NCBI GenBank assembly: GCA_902491575.1
Contig: CABUID010000001.1
Coordinates: 84,110 to 148,109, forward strand
DNA length: 64,000 bases
Reading direction: 5' to 3'
Source: an uncultured Bacillota bacterium
GTDB taxonomy: Bacteria; Bacillota_I; Bacilli_A; RFN20; CAG-631
The notes under the pieces were generated by a model that worked only from the letters and a program-made list of their open reading frames with translations, was not told the origin of the DNA and made no database searches. This document shows positions 49,401-58,861 of the stretch, one piece after another; positions within the stretch are counted from its first letter, which is position 1; each line of letters opens with the position of its first letter. The position numbers and the translations under genes were made by a program.

Positions 49401-52400
49401 ATTGCGAGGAATAACTTTATGTGGAATAGTTATCCTTTCGATTGCCGAGTTAGCAAACATATTTACATTCAATGGATTTTCAGGATATAAAGTAACTTCT
49501 TTTAGATTTGTACAATTAGCAAAAGTATTTGCGCCCGCCATACGTAGACGAATTAAATCAATTTTTGCAAGATTTGTACTAGCAAAAGCATTACTTCCCA
49601 CCGTAACAACATTGGATAGATCATGACCACTTTCTTCATTAAGAGCGTTAACATTTGTTAAGGAAGTACAATTATTAAAGGCATTATTTTCAATTTTAAC
49701 GACACGATTTAAATTGATTGTTTTTAAAGAAGTACAATTTTCAAATGCGCTAACATAAATATCTTTCACAGTAGAAGACAATTGAACTTCTTCTAAGAAT
49801 TTTAAATCACTAAAAGCATTCTTTTGAATAATTTTAACTCCTTCAGGAACAATGACTTTGGTAATAGGAGTAGAAGTATTATCTCCAATTGACTGACGAA
49901 TTGCATAACCATCAGCATCGATTCCATTATAAAGATAATGTGAGAAAGCATATTCACCAATATATTCAATTCCAAGATCATCTGGAATTTCGACTACACC
50001 GCCTGGTCCTTTATAATATTGTAATACAATACCAGAATGAATAAATGGTGATTTTACAGATACGTTAGTTGAAGTTGAAAAGACGGTTTCTTTTCCATCA
50101 ATGTAAATAGTTGCTTTAATACGAACAGCACTCACAGTTTCTTTTAAAGCCGTTACCACACCTTCATCATCAACGCTTACATAATTAGAGTTAGAAGATG
50201 TCCAGTAAATTTCGACGTTGGAATCATCATAATACCATGGATCAATATTTACTCTTAATTTGAAACTTTCTGTTGGATAAATTTCAAATGAATTGGAGTT
50301 TGGCATATATGAATATGTTGGATTGTTGGCATCTTCACTTACTCTAGCAAGTTGAGAATACTCAAAGTCATCTTCAAAAGTAAATAAAGTTGTATAACCA
50401 CTAAAGTTTACTTTTGTAATATAGAAATTATTTGAAGAATCATTGTCATAAACTTTAACTTTTACTTTGACGCTTATACCATAAGATGGTGAAGTACCAG
50501 TAAGAATAGCAATACCTTGTTTTAAACCGATTACTTGAGCATCATCGACAATAGCAATTTCATTGTTAGAAGTAGTCCAATTTAAACCTTGTAACATGGC
50601 ATTTTCAAAATTAACATATTGGTTTAAATCCACAATATCATTTTTTTGAACTTCGATGGTTGATTCGTTAAACTTTAAATCTTCATAATCACAGCCACCT
50701 AAAGAAACAAGGAAGATGTTGGAATTTAAAGCATAATCATCAATCATAAAGAATATTGTATCCGAATAATCGGAATTCTTTAAATCTGCAAAGTAATCCG
50801 TAATTTCGATTTTCACAGTTGTCGTTTCATTCGCATTTTGTTGATATACAGGGATTGGACGATCCGTTAAAGAAATTAAGGTTTGATTAATAATTGTACA
50901 AGGACGAATCGCTTGAACATAACGGTTATCCGATACATCAAGTTCTAGATAATAACGATTTTTCTTTTCTGTTTTATCCCATTCTGTAATATATCGTACA
51001 TCTTCAAGTGTTGGTGTTTCATAATCAACATAGAATGAAAATTCGAAAGTATTATTGGATACATTTGCACCATTTTCATAATCAAGTTCTGCAGTCATAC
51101 TTACAATAAATTTTGTATTATTTGCAAATATTTCTCCAGTTTCTTTATTAAACATATCAAAACTATAATCATCATTATATGGGATGATTCCACCACCAGA
51201 ACTATAAAAAGTTGCCTTACGGTTATTATAAGTTATTTTTTCATAAACGATATTACCATTTGCAGCATCTTTAATTGTCATGGTTAATTTTTTAGCTCCA
51301 CGAAGCATGCCAAGATAAACAGTGTATAATTGATAAATACTATTTTCTGAATCAATTGAAATAGCAGCTTTATCTTCTGTTGCGGCAATTTGATCTTGAC
51401 CATCTGGGATTTCATATAAATATCCTCCAAGAGGAATCATATAATATTCACCATATTTTCCATAAGGAGTAGAAGCATACATATCTGCTTTTGTTTTGTC
51501 TTTTTCACTGATAGAACCATTTGCTCTATCTGCATCCACTTCATAGTAAGTTTTATCAAACATTGGTGCTTTTAACCAATCACCATAGAAAGCTAAGAAA
51601 GGAACAGAAAGATCAACTTGTTTTGACTCAACGGCTTTTAAAGAAATATAACCTTCTACATACATGCCGTTAATAAAGTTTTCTTCAAGGTAGTTTCTAT
51701 CAGCACTTGATAATGTTAATGTGACCGTAATGGTAGAATCAACACCCGCTGGAACAGTAACTTTACTACCATCTAAAGTAAGATTGTTTCCAACTTTAAC
51801 AGACATTGCAGGATTTAGCATATAAGCAGTTTCTGCTACTGTTTTAACTTGATTATCATCTGAAGAAACGGTTTCAGTAAGTGTGTAATTGCCTATATCG
51901 TAAGTAACAGGGTTATCTGAAATATTACGTATATTGAATGAGCATTCATAAACACCTGTCTTATCTTTATCATCGCCAAGTTCTAATTTTGTTTTATCAA
52001 TACCTTGAACATAAAGATAAGCATCGGTAGATACAGAGTTTAATAAGGAAGCTAATCCTGCACCTTGTTTTCTTGGAGAGTAAGGATTGCCTACTTCATT
52101 TAAACAAATGGTTGCAGTAGACATTAAAAGACGATTTACCATTTGAGTGACTTCTTTTGGTGATAATTCAGGCCAAGTTTCTTTTACATAATCACGAATT
52201 ACTAAAACAATACCACAAGTATTTGGTGTTGCCATAGAAGTACCTGACATGGAATCATAATCTCCACCTAAAATAGAAGAATAAATATTACCACCATGAG
52301 CTGTAATTTCTGGTTTTAAAGTTAAATCGGCTAAAGGACCCCAGGATGAAAAATCAGACATAAAAGGTCCTGCTTTATAAGATTCCTTGAAATTTAATAC

Positions 52401-54134
52401 ACCATTTCTTTGTTGTGCAAGATAATTTCCAGCATCCATCGAAATTAAAGAAATAGGAATGAAGACTTCATCGCCCACTGTCATCGATAAAGAACCAGAA
52501 ACGTTATTATAAATCAAAACCGCAAAAGCACCGGCTGCATTTGCATATTTTAATTTTTCTTCAAAAGAAATATTACCTCTTTTTACTAAAGCTATTTTTC
52601 CTTTTACATCAAGACCTGTATAATTCACTTTAGCACCAAAACCAGGAATCGTAACATATTCAAGATCGACGGATCCATCTGATTTTCGTGTTAAACCAGA
52701 GTCATTTATTTTTTGGAATAATTCATCAATAAATTTATGTTCAACTTGTTTAGAGTCAAAAGCATTTTTGAAGAATACAGCTTCTTCAGAAGAACCATTG
52801 ATTAAAGCATAAGGGTCTAAAGTACCATTAATCGAAGCAACAGTTAAAGAAGAAGAATAAGAACCAGGAGAAGAAATTGTACCTGATTCAGGATTAGAAG
52901 TTAAATTTGTTCCAAAATCAGATTGATATCCTGATGAATATTCATTACCAGCTGCTGTAAGCAAAGAAACACCCATTGTTTCAATTTTTTCATAAATTTT
53001 ATTTGTTCTTTCCTCTAAAGAATTAATTTCACCAGCAGGTACAACTTCTACAGAATAACCACCAACAGCACCTAAGGACATATTGATAGCATCAACGCCA
53101 ATGGTAACAGCATCCTCTAAAGCACATAAAATATCTGCAGAATCGCCTCCGCCATCATCATCTTTAAAGACTTTCATCCAAGCAAATTGAGTGTTAGGTG
53201 CAATACCTGTAATTTTATCTGATTTTCCACCAATAATACCTGAAACGTGCGTACCATGATCGGATTCAACAGGGAAAACATCTGCTTTTTTATCGGCATA
53301 GTCATAAGCAAAAGGCACCTTTGAAGAAAGATACACATCATCAATTGATAAATCTTGATTAGCCAAACTATAGGCTACAGTATCTTTCAGTACGCTTGAA
53401 ATATCTTGTTTTGTTTTAGCAGGTTTTAAAATGTCCATACTAAAGACTTCATGAGTATAATCAAAACCTGAATCTAAAACGGCTACAATCGTATTCGAGC
53501 CATCATATTCTGTATCATTTACATAAATACCTGTTGTTTCATCAACATTGGTATCGTTATTTACAACTTCTGTTGGTTTATTATAAATGGTAGATACATA
53601 TGCCTCTTTGACATTGGAGAATGAACGAATTTGATCAATTCTACCATATGTTGTCTTTGCATAAAAGCCATTAAATAAAGTACTATAATTACCATAGACT
53701 TCATCAATCAAATTAGCTTTTAATAAATTCGCTGCCAAAGAAGTTTGGGCTGTAATCATTTCATTTTCTAATAAGATTGCTTTTTTCGAATTATAAAAAT
53801 TTGGGAAAGAATCAAAATTTGTATCTGAAAGGTAAGCATCAACAGTAGTTGTTCCTTCCATTTCAATGATTACATTTATTTCTTGATTTTTCAATTTTGC
53901 GTTTTCAACTGCTGAGGATATTTTCACAGAATCATTAAAATTATTTTCATAACCAATGGAAACTTTTTTTAACAATTCATTGAAATCTACACGTTCAACT
54001 TTTTGATTATCGTCTTCCTGATTATTACTAGAAGAATGATTTGTGGAAGGATTAACGCAACTTACCAACATTAATAAAGCCATCAATGATGTTGGTATTC
54101 CTCTTTTAATCATTTTTAATATGTGCTTTTGCAT
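46449..54134 (-). CDS. Giant cell-surface subtilisin-like serine protease (S8 with PA-domain insert) fused to a long BspA-type leucine-rich-repeat region and a C-terminal TM anchor (2561 aa)
   Basis: Signal peptide ending in LVSC. S8 triad motifs VAVLDSGFDYTHEVF, HGTHVSGIIGG and GTSMATPNTCGIVLV. ~900 aa of repeated FA.ns.L..i.lp....I...AF LRR units. C-terminal LLGFGGALLLIAGIVLVIFF plus KKKK. Confidence 0.8.
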   Translation of the reverse strand: MQKHILKMIKRGIPTSLMALLMLVSCVNPSTNHSSSNNQEDDNQKVERVDFNELLKKVSIGYENNFNDSVKISSAVENAKLKNQEINVIIEMEGTTTVDAYLSDTNFDSFPNFYNSKKAILLENEMITAQTSLAANLLKANLIDEVYGNYSTLFNGFYAKTTYGRIDQIRSFSNVKEAYVSTIYNKPTEVVNNDTNVDETTGIYVNDTEYDGSNTIVAVLDSGFDYTHEVFSMDILKPAKTKQDISSVLKDTVAYSLANQDLSIDDVYLSSKVPFAYDYADKKADVFPVESDHGTHVSGIIGGKSDKITGIAPNTQFAWMKVFKDDDGGGDSADILCALEDAVTIGVDAINMSLGAVGGYSVEVVPAGEINSLEERTNKIYEKIETMGVSLLTAAGNEYSSGYQSDFGTNLTSNPESGTISSPGSYSSSLTVASINGTLDPYALINGSSEEAVFFKNAFDSKQVEHKFIDELFQKINDSGLTRKSDGSVDLEYVTIPGFGAKVNYTGLDVKGKIALVKRGNISFEEKLKYANAAGAFAVLIYNNVSGSLSMTVGDEVFIPISLISMDAGNYLAQQRNGVLNFKESYKAGPFMSDFSSWGPLADLTLKPEITAHGGNIYSSILGGDYDSMSGTSMATPNTCGIVLVIRDYVKETWPELSPKEVTQMVNRLLMSTATICLNEVGNPYSPRKQGAGLASLLNSVSTDAYLYVQGIDKTKLELGDDKDKTGVYECSFNIRNISDNPVTYDIGNYTLTETVSSDDNQVKTVAETAYMLNPAMSVKVGNNLTLDGSKVTVPAGVDSTITVTLTLSSADRNYLEENFINGMYVEGYISLKAVESKQVDLSVPFLAFYGDWLKAPMFDKTYYEVDADRANGSISEKDKTKADMYASTPYGKYGEYYMIPLGGYLYEIPDGQDQIAATEDKAAISIDSENSIYQLYTVYLGMLRGAKKLTMTIKDAANGNIVYEKITYNNRKATFYSSGGGIIPYNDDYSFDMFNKETGEIFANNTKFIVSMTAELDYENGANVSNNTFEFSFYVDYETPTLEDVRYITEWDKTEKKNRYYLELDVSDNRYVQAIRPCTIINQTLISLTDRPIPVYQQNANETTTVKIEITDYFADLKNSDYSDTIFFMIDDYALNSNIFLVSLGGCDYEDLKFNESTIEVQKNDIVDLNQYVNFENAMLQGLNWTTSNNEIAIVDDAQVIGLKQGIAILTGTSPSYGISVKVKVKVYDNDSSNNFYITKVNFSGYTTLFTFEDDFEYSQLARVSEDANNPTYSYMPNSNSFEIYPTESFKLRVNIDPWYYDDSNVEIYWTSSNSNYVSVDDEGVVTALKETVSAVRIKATIYIDGKETVFSTSTNVSVKSPFIHSGIVLQYYKGPGGVVEIPDDLGIEYIGEYAFSHYLYNGIDADGYAIRQSIGDNTSTPITKVIVPEGVKIIQKNAFSDLKFLEEVQLSSTVKDIYVSAFENCTSLKTINLNRVVKIENNAFNNCTSLTNVNALNEESGHDLSNVVTVGSNAFASTNLAKIDLIRLRMAGANTFANCTNLKEVTLYPENPLNVNMFANSAIERITIPHKVIPRNAFENCQSISEITFTNPNVMINSEAFKGCLNLNTIHFANDSQSLQIGYNAFENSAITSLNLPSCEVTIMDEAFKGSSIQELVLKENTQLYFEGAPFVSTSQFETITLDGVSSYYELENNLLLNKEKDTLVLVPSNTVLTIPSSVTTIGVGAVAGNKVTTSLTLPAQITSIHDFAFANSSLESIDLTHLSNCDLGEYLFYGCENLETVHGLSSLSVIHNYMFAYSGLQDVTIGDNAIIGYGAFAYCDQLSSIQIGDNTEIGEYAFYHSFTNDSTATILGGTIKEFAFADSNIKVVHADNVTEMGIGAFHNANNLTSVNFDELQVIPQNAFQNATALNTITFNNVTTISRNAFANTTALTTVNAPQLITIDNRAFQNATNLSTIDLSHVTEIGNYAFENCVSLTSIDLNSIENLGQGAFAQCYNLAEVNHLEKAPLTVIPSECFYMNLNSQNTSLLSSINLSNILQIGEEAFYGNTSLVTVDLSNVETVSDYAFFGTKLNALSLDKATKIGNFAFYATPIRTLSIPSLVEVGECAFAETNASKVDLPETLSTIHYGSFSSIRFLSNFTHNDEINYVKYNENNQPVWLIDDGVLYVYLENGNLQLQSYPVGSDKTSYTILEGTTRIDAYSFYTTSTISLNEIYFPSSLQRIGDCAFAGCETIKTYHFSSYNAPILEGVYNSSLQNYIGNLQSSALTETLDNLYHINHGKVYNMYFYYYPYYYANFYDYVGFVDDLTMYYPSNGNGYDSWIYRNYFANRITNATVADDNTKMAIDALNNLTTIQEVTNDNKEEIMEAYNLYKMIIDEEQKALLDTEQVKHLLDLYEKVMDIDMPPLTSEEISQIQGIYKGVDDEETTFEFTIYANGSGKLVVDNKNYDSQDKSLTFDKIRHLENDVLKIITNDNDEFTFTINEDGSVTFNYYVSSIQLTKDNENVEPIQPEEPTQPKSNNVLYYLLGFGGALLLIAGIVLVIFFTNKKKKENTKEGGH

Positions 54135-54290
54135 AAAAACCTCCTATAAACAAAAGTTCTATTTAAATCATTGTATTATTATAGAATATAATAATATATG
54201 AAATATATAGTCTAATTGATTATACTACGAATGAAATATATAATCAATAATTATTTTTGGAAATTTTTCATGTGCAAAGAAGAGATTATT

Positions 54291-54321
54291 ATAAAAAAAA
54301 GCGTCTATAAACTAGACGCTT
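54291..54321 (-). terminator. Rho-independent terminator of hpf (AAGCGTCTA-gttta-TAGACGCTT plus U8 on the minus strand)
   Basis: 9-bp perfect stem with an 8-nt T-run on the transcribed strand. Confidence 0.75.
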
Positions 54322-54337
54322 AGCTCAATATTGTTGC

Positions 54338-54865
54338 TTATTCTATATCGATTACTCCATAGCCACCATTTTTTCTTTTATAGACTACAGAAATCGTATG
54401 ATCTTCTATATCGTCATAAATAAAGAAATCATGATCCGTAGATTCCATTTCCATAATAGCATCATCAAGTGTCATTGGCAATGGGTGAACGGTTTTATTT
54501 TTTATATATATGTCTTCTTTGCTATCAGCATCTTCTGCTTCACCAAATGTTCTTCCTAAATTGACACGATTACTGGATCGATCCAAACGAGATTTGATTT
54601 TGTCAATTTGTGAAACTAATTTGTCACTAGCAATTTCTACTGCATCTAACAAATCATTTGCTTCTACTTCAGTTCTTAAAAGTAGAAATGGTGTAGGTAT
54701 AGTAATTTCGACTTTTGATTTATTGTTTCGAAATTTTACTACAATTCTACATTCAAATTCTTCGCTTTTGAATAGTAATTTTTCGAGCCTTGATAGTTCT
54801 GCTATCATTTTTTCTTGGACAGTTTGGCTTAATTTTTGTCCATTACAAACTATTTGGTATTTCAT
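54338..54865 (-). CDS. hpf: Ribosome hibernation-promoting factor, long form (HPF/YvyD)
   Basis: N-terminal RaiA-like domain and C-terminal dimerisation domain (PMTLDDAIMEME...HDFFIY...VVYKRKNGGYGVI). Confidence 0.85.
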   Translation of the reverse strand: MKYQIVCNGQKLSQTVQEKMIAELSRLEKLLFKSEEFECRIVVKFRNNKSKVEITIPTPFLLLRTEVEANDLLDAVEIASDKLVSQIDKIKSRLDRSSNRVNLGRTFGEAEDADSKEDIYIKNKTVHPLPMTLDDAIMEMESTDHDFFIYDDIEDHTISVVYKRKNGGYGVIDIE

Positions 54866-54993
54866 AATATACGACCTCCTATTTATATTATAGAATAAAC
54901 GATTGGAAAATATAGTCTTTAATTTGTAGTTTTATTATGATATAATTAAAAAAGGGGATTAAGACCCTTTTTATTTTGAAAAAGGAGAAAAAT

Positions 54994-55542
54994 ATGGCTA
55001 AAAAAGAAAAAAAGATAGACTCAAGATTAATTTATGATGGGCATATTTTGCAATTATATAAAGATGAAGTTTTATGTTTAAATGGACAAAAATCTACGAG
55101 AGAAATTGTAAGACATCCTGGTGGAGTTTGTATTTTAGCGATGATAGATAATAAAATAATAATGGAAAAGCAATTTCGATATGCTTATGATGAAGAAATA
55201 TATGAATTGCCTGCTGGAAAATTAGAAAAAAATGAAAAGCCTTATGATGCAGCTTTACGTGAACTCGAAGAAGAAACAGGATATAAAGCCTGTCAGTTAG
55301 AAAGTTATGGAACAATGTATCCATCTTGTGGTTATACGGATGAAATTATTTATTTGTATTATGCAAAAAATTTAATTAAAACCAAAAGACATTTGGATAA
55401 AGATGAAGATATTGACTTATGTTTGTTTTCAATAGAAGAAGTTATAGAGATGATGCAAAAGAATGTAATAAAAGATGCTAAAACGATTTGTTTACTTAGT
55501 AAATATTTGTTTGATTTAAAAGACAACAATAAAAAAATATAA
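54994..55542 (+). CDS. nudF: NUDIX hydrolase (ADP-ribose pyrophosphatase-like)
   Basis: NUDIX box GKLEKNEKPYDAALRELEEETGY. Start moved to the ATG after AAAGGAG; the ORF-track start is TTG. Confidence 0.8.
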   Translation: MAKKEKKIDSRLIYDGHILQLYKDEVLCLNGQKSTREIVRHPGGVCILAMIDNKIIMEKQFRYAYDEEIYELPAGKLEKNEKPYDAALRELEEETGYKACQLESYGTMYPSCGYTDEIIYLYYAKNLIKTKRHLDKDEDIDLCLFSIEEVIEMMQKNVIKDAKTICLLSKYLFDLKDNNKKI

Positions 55543-55630
55543 ATATTTGTCAGTTAAATGCTATAGAATTACCTTTTTATTTTCTCACATTTCGATATAT
55601 AATATGAGCAATGAAACGAGAGGAAAGAAT

Positions 55631-57271
55631 ATGGAAAAAATTTTGAATAAATCAGCGTTCTATCTGTCTAACTTTTATGGAAAAACAGATAATGAAGGTG
55701 TAGTTGTAGTAAAGTTTATTTCAAATAGAGAAGATATTTATCAATTTGAATGTAATGAAGCAGAAATGCTAACAATATTTGACACAAATTTTCATTTATT
55801 GAAACAAGGAAACCATTTCGAATTGAATTTAACAAAAGAAATGGAATTTTTGATTAAAGTTGAAACAAGACAAAAAAATAAAGAATTTTTTCTTAAAATC
55901 AATTCTATTCATCATGAACCAGCAGTGCCTTATGAAATGATGATTGAAAATAAAGGAGAGAATATACCTCTTTTTAGTCAAGATAAGATAGATCCTTTAA
56001 AACCAAGTATTATAGAAATGAAAAAAAGAAAAGGTGGAACATATCTTTATTCTAATGTGCCTGAATCCATGCCTTTAGAAGCGATAGATAGTATTTTAAT
56101 GCAAAATAAGGATCTAGTTGGTGATTGTTTTTTAACATTTGAGCATCAAAATGCTTCAGGACTTCCTTATGTATATTTGGGTTATCGTATAGTCAATCAT
56201 CAAGAAGAAGATATCTATGTAACTGTTCGAAATGTTGGTTATCAAGTAACAGGTTCGTGGCTTGGAGAAAAATCATGGATGGATTATTATGGCGTAAAAT
56301 ATGATATAGACATTTCTTCTTTTGATGAAGAAGCGATGAATTGGTTTAAAGATTATTTAAATTTTGATGTTGATTATCAACCAAAAGCCATTTTACCAAC
56401 AACTTATCGTATTCCTAAAGGAAAATATATTTATGTGATTGGTGGAACAAGTGAAGATGCATATCAAAATATAAATGTAAATCATACAGCAGATTTAAAA
56501 ATTGCGCCACGTCATTGCGTGAATGCGAATGCATTTTTTACTATCACTAATGGTAAAGCGACAGGTGAATTGTGTGCTTATGTTGATTATAATAAATTAA
56601 ATCAAGAAAATACGATTATTCAAAACTTAAGACGATATGGTGAAAAGGATGATTTAGGCGGTAGAATAGGCCAAATGAATCATCATGGAGTCATCGACGT
56701 AAATCCATTATGGGTATTTAATGATTTAACTCCATCTCAAAACTTACCAGTCGTATATTATCCTTATTATGCTGACACTTTAAAAGATCAATATGAACCT
56801 TTTGAAAAAATTGAAGGAAGTTATAAACATGAATATAAAAGTGATCGATGGTTAAGTCATTTATCTTCCCAATTACACCATGAATATATTGGAGAAGATA
56901 TGGTAGAACACGAAACCATTTATCAAGGTGAAAGAATTCTTTTATCCTCAAATAGTGCTAACCCATTAGGAAAAATATGGGATTATGGCAATTGGATGAT
57001 TGAATATCAAGAAAATTGTGTTTTTGTTAATCAAGGCGATCAAGAAAGAAAGTTGAGATTTTATTTACTTAATGGCGGATCTATTTATTATATAATCAAA
57101 GACGAATCGGGAAAAATATTAAAATCCGGTGCAACGCTGATTCATTGTACAGGCAAAAAAGAAGCTTATGAATGTACGATTAAGGGTCATAGTCGATTAA
57201 TAGTTTCTGTTCAATTTGTTTTAGCAGCTAATAATAATGGTTCTGTAGAACATATTGTTGAATTAATTTAA
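55631..57271 (+). CDS. Hypothetical cytoplasmic protein (547 aa), no recognised domain
   Basis: -10-like TATATAAT at 55594-55601 sits directly on the earlier ATG, so the start was set at MEKILNK after GAGAGGAAAG. No signal peptide or known motifs. Confidence 0.5.
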   Translation: MEKILNKSAFYLSNFYGKTDNEGVVVVKFISNREDIYQFECNEAEMLTIFDTNFHLLKQGNHFELNLTKEMEFLIKVETRQKNKEFFLKINSIHHEPAVPYEMMIENKGENIPLFSQDKIDPLKPSIIEMKKRKGGTYLYSNVPESMPLEAIDSILMQNKDLVGDCFLTFEHQNASGLPYVYLGYRIVNHQEEDIYVTVRNVGYQVTGSWLGEKSWMDYYGVKYDIDISSFDEEAMNWFKDYLNFDVDYQPKAILPTTYRIPKGKYIYVIGGTSEDAYQNINVNHTADLKIAPRHCVNANAFFTITNGKATGELCAYVDYNKLNQENTIIQNLRRYGEKDDLGGRIGQMNHHGVIDVNPLWVFNDLTPSQNLPVVYYPYYADTLKDQYEPFEKIEGSYKHEYKSDRWLSHLSSQLHHEYIGEDMVEHETIYQGERILLSSNSANPLGKIWDYGNWMIEYQENCVFVNQGDQERKLRFYLLNGGSIYYIIKDESGKILKSGATLIHCTGKKEAYECTIKGHSRLIVSVQFVLAANNNGSVEHIVELI

Positions 57272-57325
57272 TAGTATTCGTATATTATCTTTAATAAAAT
57301 GCAATTAAAGAAAATTTAATGTAAT

Positions 57326-57366
57326 AAAAACTAAGAAGAAATCATCCATCTTCTTAGTTTTTTTTA
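57326..57366. terminator. Bidirectional terminator (CTAAGAAG-11 nt loop-CTTCTTAG flanked by A5 and T9)
   Basis: 8-bp stem between convergent genes with poly-A and poly-T flanks. Confidence 0.65.
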
Positions 57367-57451
57367 TGATAAGAAAGATTAAAAAAATAAATGATAAAAT
57401 GATATAAAATAAAAAATCATCAAAAAATAAATTGATGATTTTAAATCGTTT

Positions 57452-58852
57452 TTAAAAACTACAATTTTTAACGGTTCTTGGGAAAGAAATAACATCTCGA
57501 ATATTTTGCATTCCTGTAACATACATGACCATTCTTTCAAAACCAAGACCAAATCCAGCAGAAGATACACCGCCAAATTTTCTTAAATCTAAATACCATT
57601 GCAAAGGTTCACGATTGATTTTTAATTCTTCCATACGTGCAACTAGTTTATCATAATTTTCTTCTCTTTGTGATCCACCGACAAGTTCACCAATATGAGG
57701 AACTAATAAATCGCAAGCTGCCACTGTTTTTCCATCTGGATTTAATTTCATATAGAAGGACTTAATTTCTTTTGGAAAATCGATTAAGAATAAAGGTCCT
57801 TTTACAATTTGGTCACAAAGATATTTTTCGTGTTCTGAATTTAAATCCATTCCCCAAAAAATTTTCTTGTTTTCAAATTCGACTCCATTGTCTAAAGCAT
57901 GTTTTAAAGTTTCAATGGCTTTTGTATAAGTCATGACCTCAAATTTAGAATTTAAAACATGATTTAATCTTTCCAAAAGAGTATTATCTATCATTTTATT
58001 GAAAAATTCCATTTCTACAGGACATTCTTCTAAAACGGTTTGAATGCAATATTTAATCATATCTTCAATTAAGGTCATATCATCTTCTAAATCGGCAAAA
58101 GCAATTTCTGGTTCAACCATCCAAAATTCAGCAGCGTGTCGAACAGTATTGGATTTTTCTGCTCTAAATGTTGGACCAAATGTATAAACATCACGAAAAC
58201 ATTGAGCATAAGCTTCTGCATGTAATTGAGCAGATACCGTTAAATTTGTATGCTTGCCAAAAAAATCATTTTCATAACCTTTTGAAAAATCATTTAATGT
58301 CGTAACAGTAAAAGTTTCTCCAGCTCCTTCACAATCATTTCCAGTAATTAATGGTCCATTTACATAAACAAACCCTTGATTTTGAAAAAATTCATGAATA
58401 GACATCGCTAAAACAGAACGAACTCTAAATACGGCAGCAAAAGTATTTGTTTTAGGTCTTAAATGCGCTATTTCTCTTAAAAATTCAAATCCGTGTCTTT
58501 TCTTTTGTAGTGGATAGGATGCATCACATTTTGAAACGAGATTTAAATTTTTTAAGATAATTTCAAAGGGTTGTTTTCCCTCTTCTGTAATTTTAAAGAC
58601 ACCATAGGCATTTACTGCATCGCCAGTGTTTAAAGAAGCACATAAGTCGTAACATTCATCGCCTTTGTTATAAACTAGTTGAACATTTTTAAAATAAGTC
58701 CCGTCGTTTAATTCAATGAAACCAATACTTCCATTATTTCTATTCGTACGAATCCAACCATCTAATTCAACATATTCAAGTTGATCTTTTTCAATTTGAG
58801 AACCCATTTGTATAAGTTCATATAGTTCTCTTACAGTAACAAATTCAAACAT
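57452..58852 (-). CDS. asnS: Asparagine--tRNA ligase
   Basis: Class IIb aaRS: N-terminal OB-fold anticodon-binding domain and motif 3 GFGLGFERMVMYVTGMQNIRDVISFPR. ~466 aa, the AsnRS size. ATG at 58852 has a better-spaced RBS (AGGAGG-6 nt) than the GTG at 58858. Confidence 0.85.
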   Translation of the reverse strand: MFEFVTVRELYELIQMGSQIEKDQLEYVELDGWIRTNRNNGSIGFIELNDGTYFKNVQLVYNKGDECYDLCASLNTGDAVNAYGVFKITEEGKQPFEIILKNLNLVSKCDASYPLQKKRHGFEFLREIAHLRPKTNTFAAVFRVRSVLAMSIHEFFQNQGFVYVNGPLITGNDCEGAGETFTVTTLNDFSKGYENDFFGKHTNLTVSAQLHAEAYAQCFRDVYTFGPTFRAEKSNTVRHAAEFWMVEPEIAFADLEDDMTLIEDMIKYCIQTVLEECPVEMEFFNKMIDNTLLERLNHVLNSKFEVMTYTKAIETLKHALDNGVEFENKKIFWGMDLNSEHEKYLCDQIVKGPLFLIDFPKEIKSFYMKLNPDGKTVAACDLLVPHIGELVGGSQREENYDKLVARMEELKINREPLQWYLDLRKFGGVSSAGFGLGFERMVMYVTGMQNIRDVISFPRTVKNCSF

Positions 58853-58861
58853 ATTCACCCT

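Noticed and set aside
48464-49626. Short ORFs (48464-48688, 48480-48662, 49402-49626) inside the 2561-aa gene
   Set aside because: Antisense or out-of-frame within a continuous 7.7-kb ORF with strong domain support.
54510-54893. 127-aa ORF antisense to hpf
   Set aside because: Overlaps almost all of the conserved hpf gene on the opposite strand. Ser/Leu-rich low-complexity translation.
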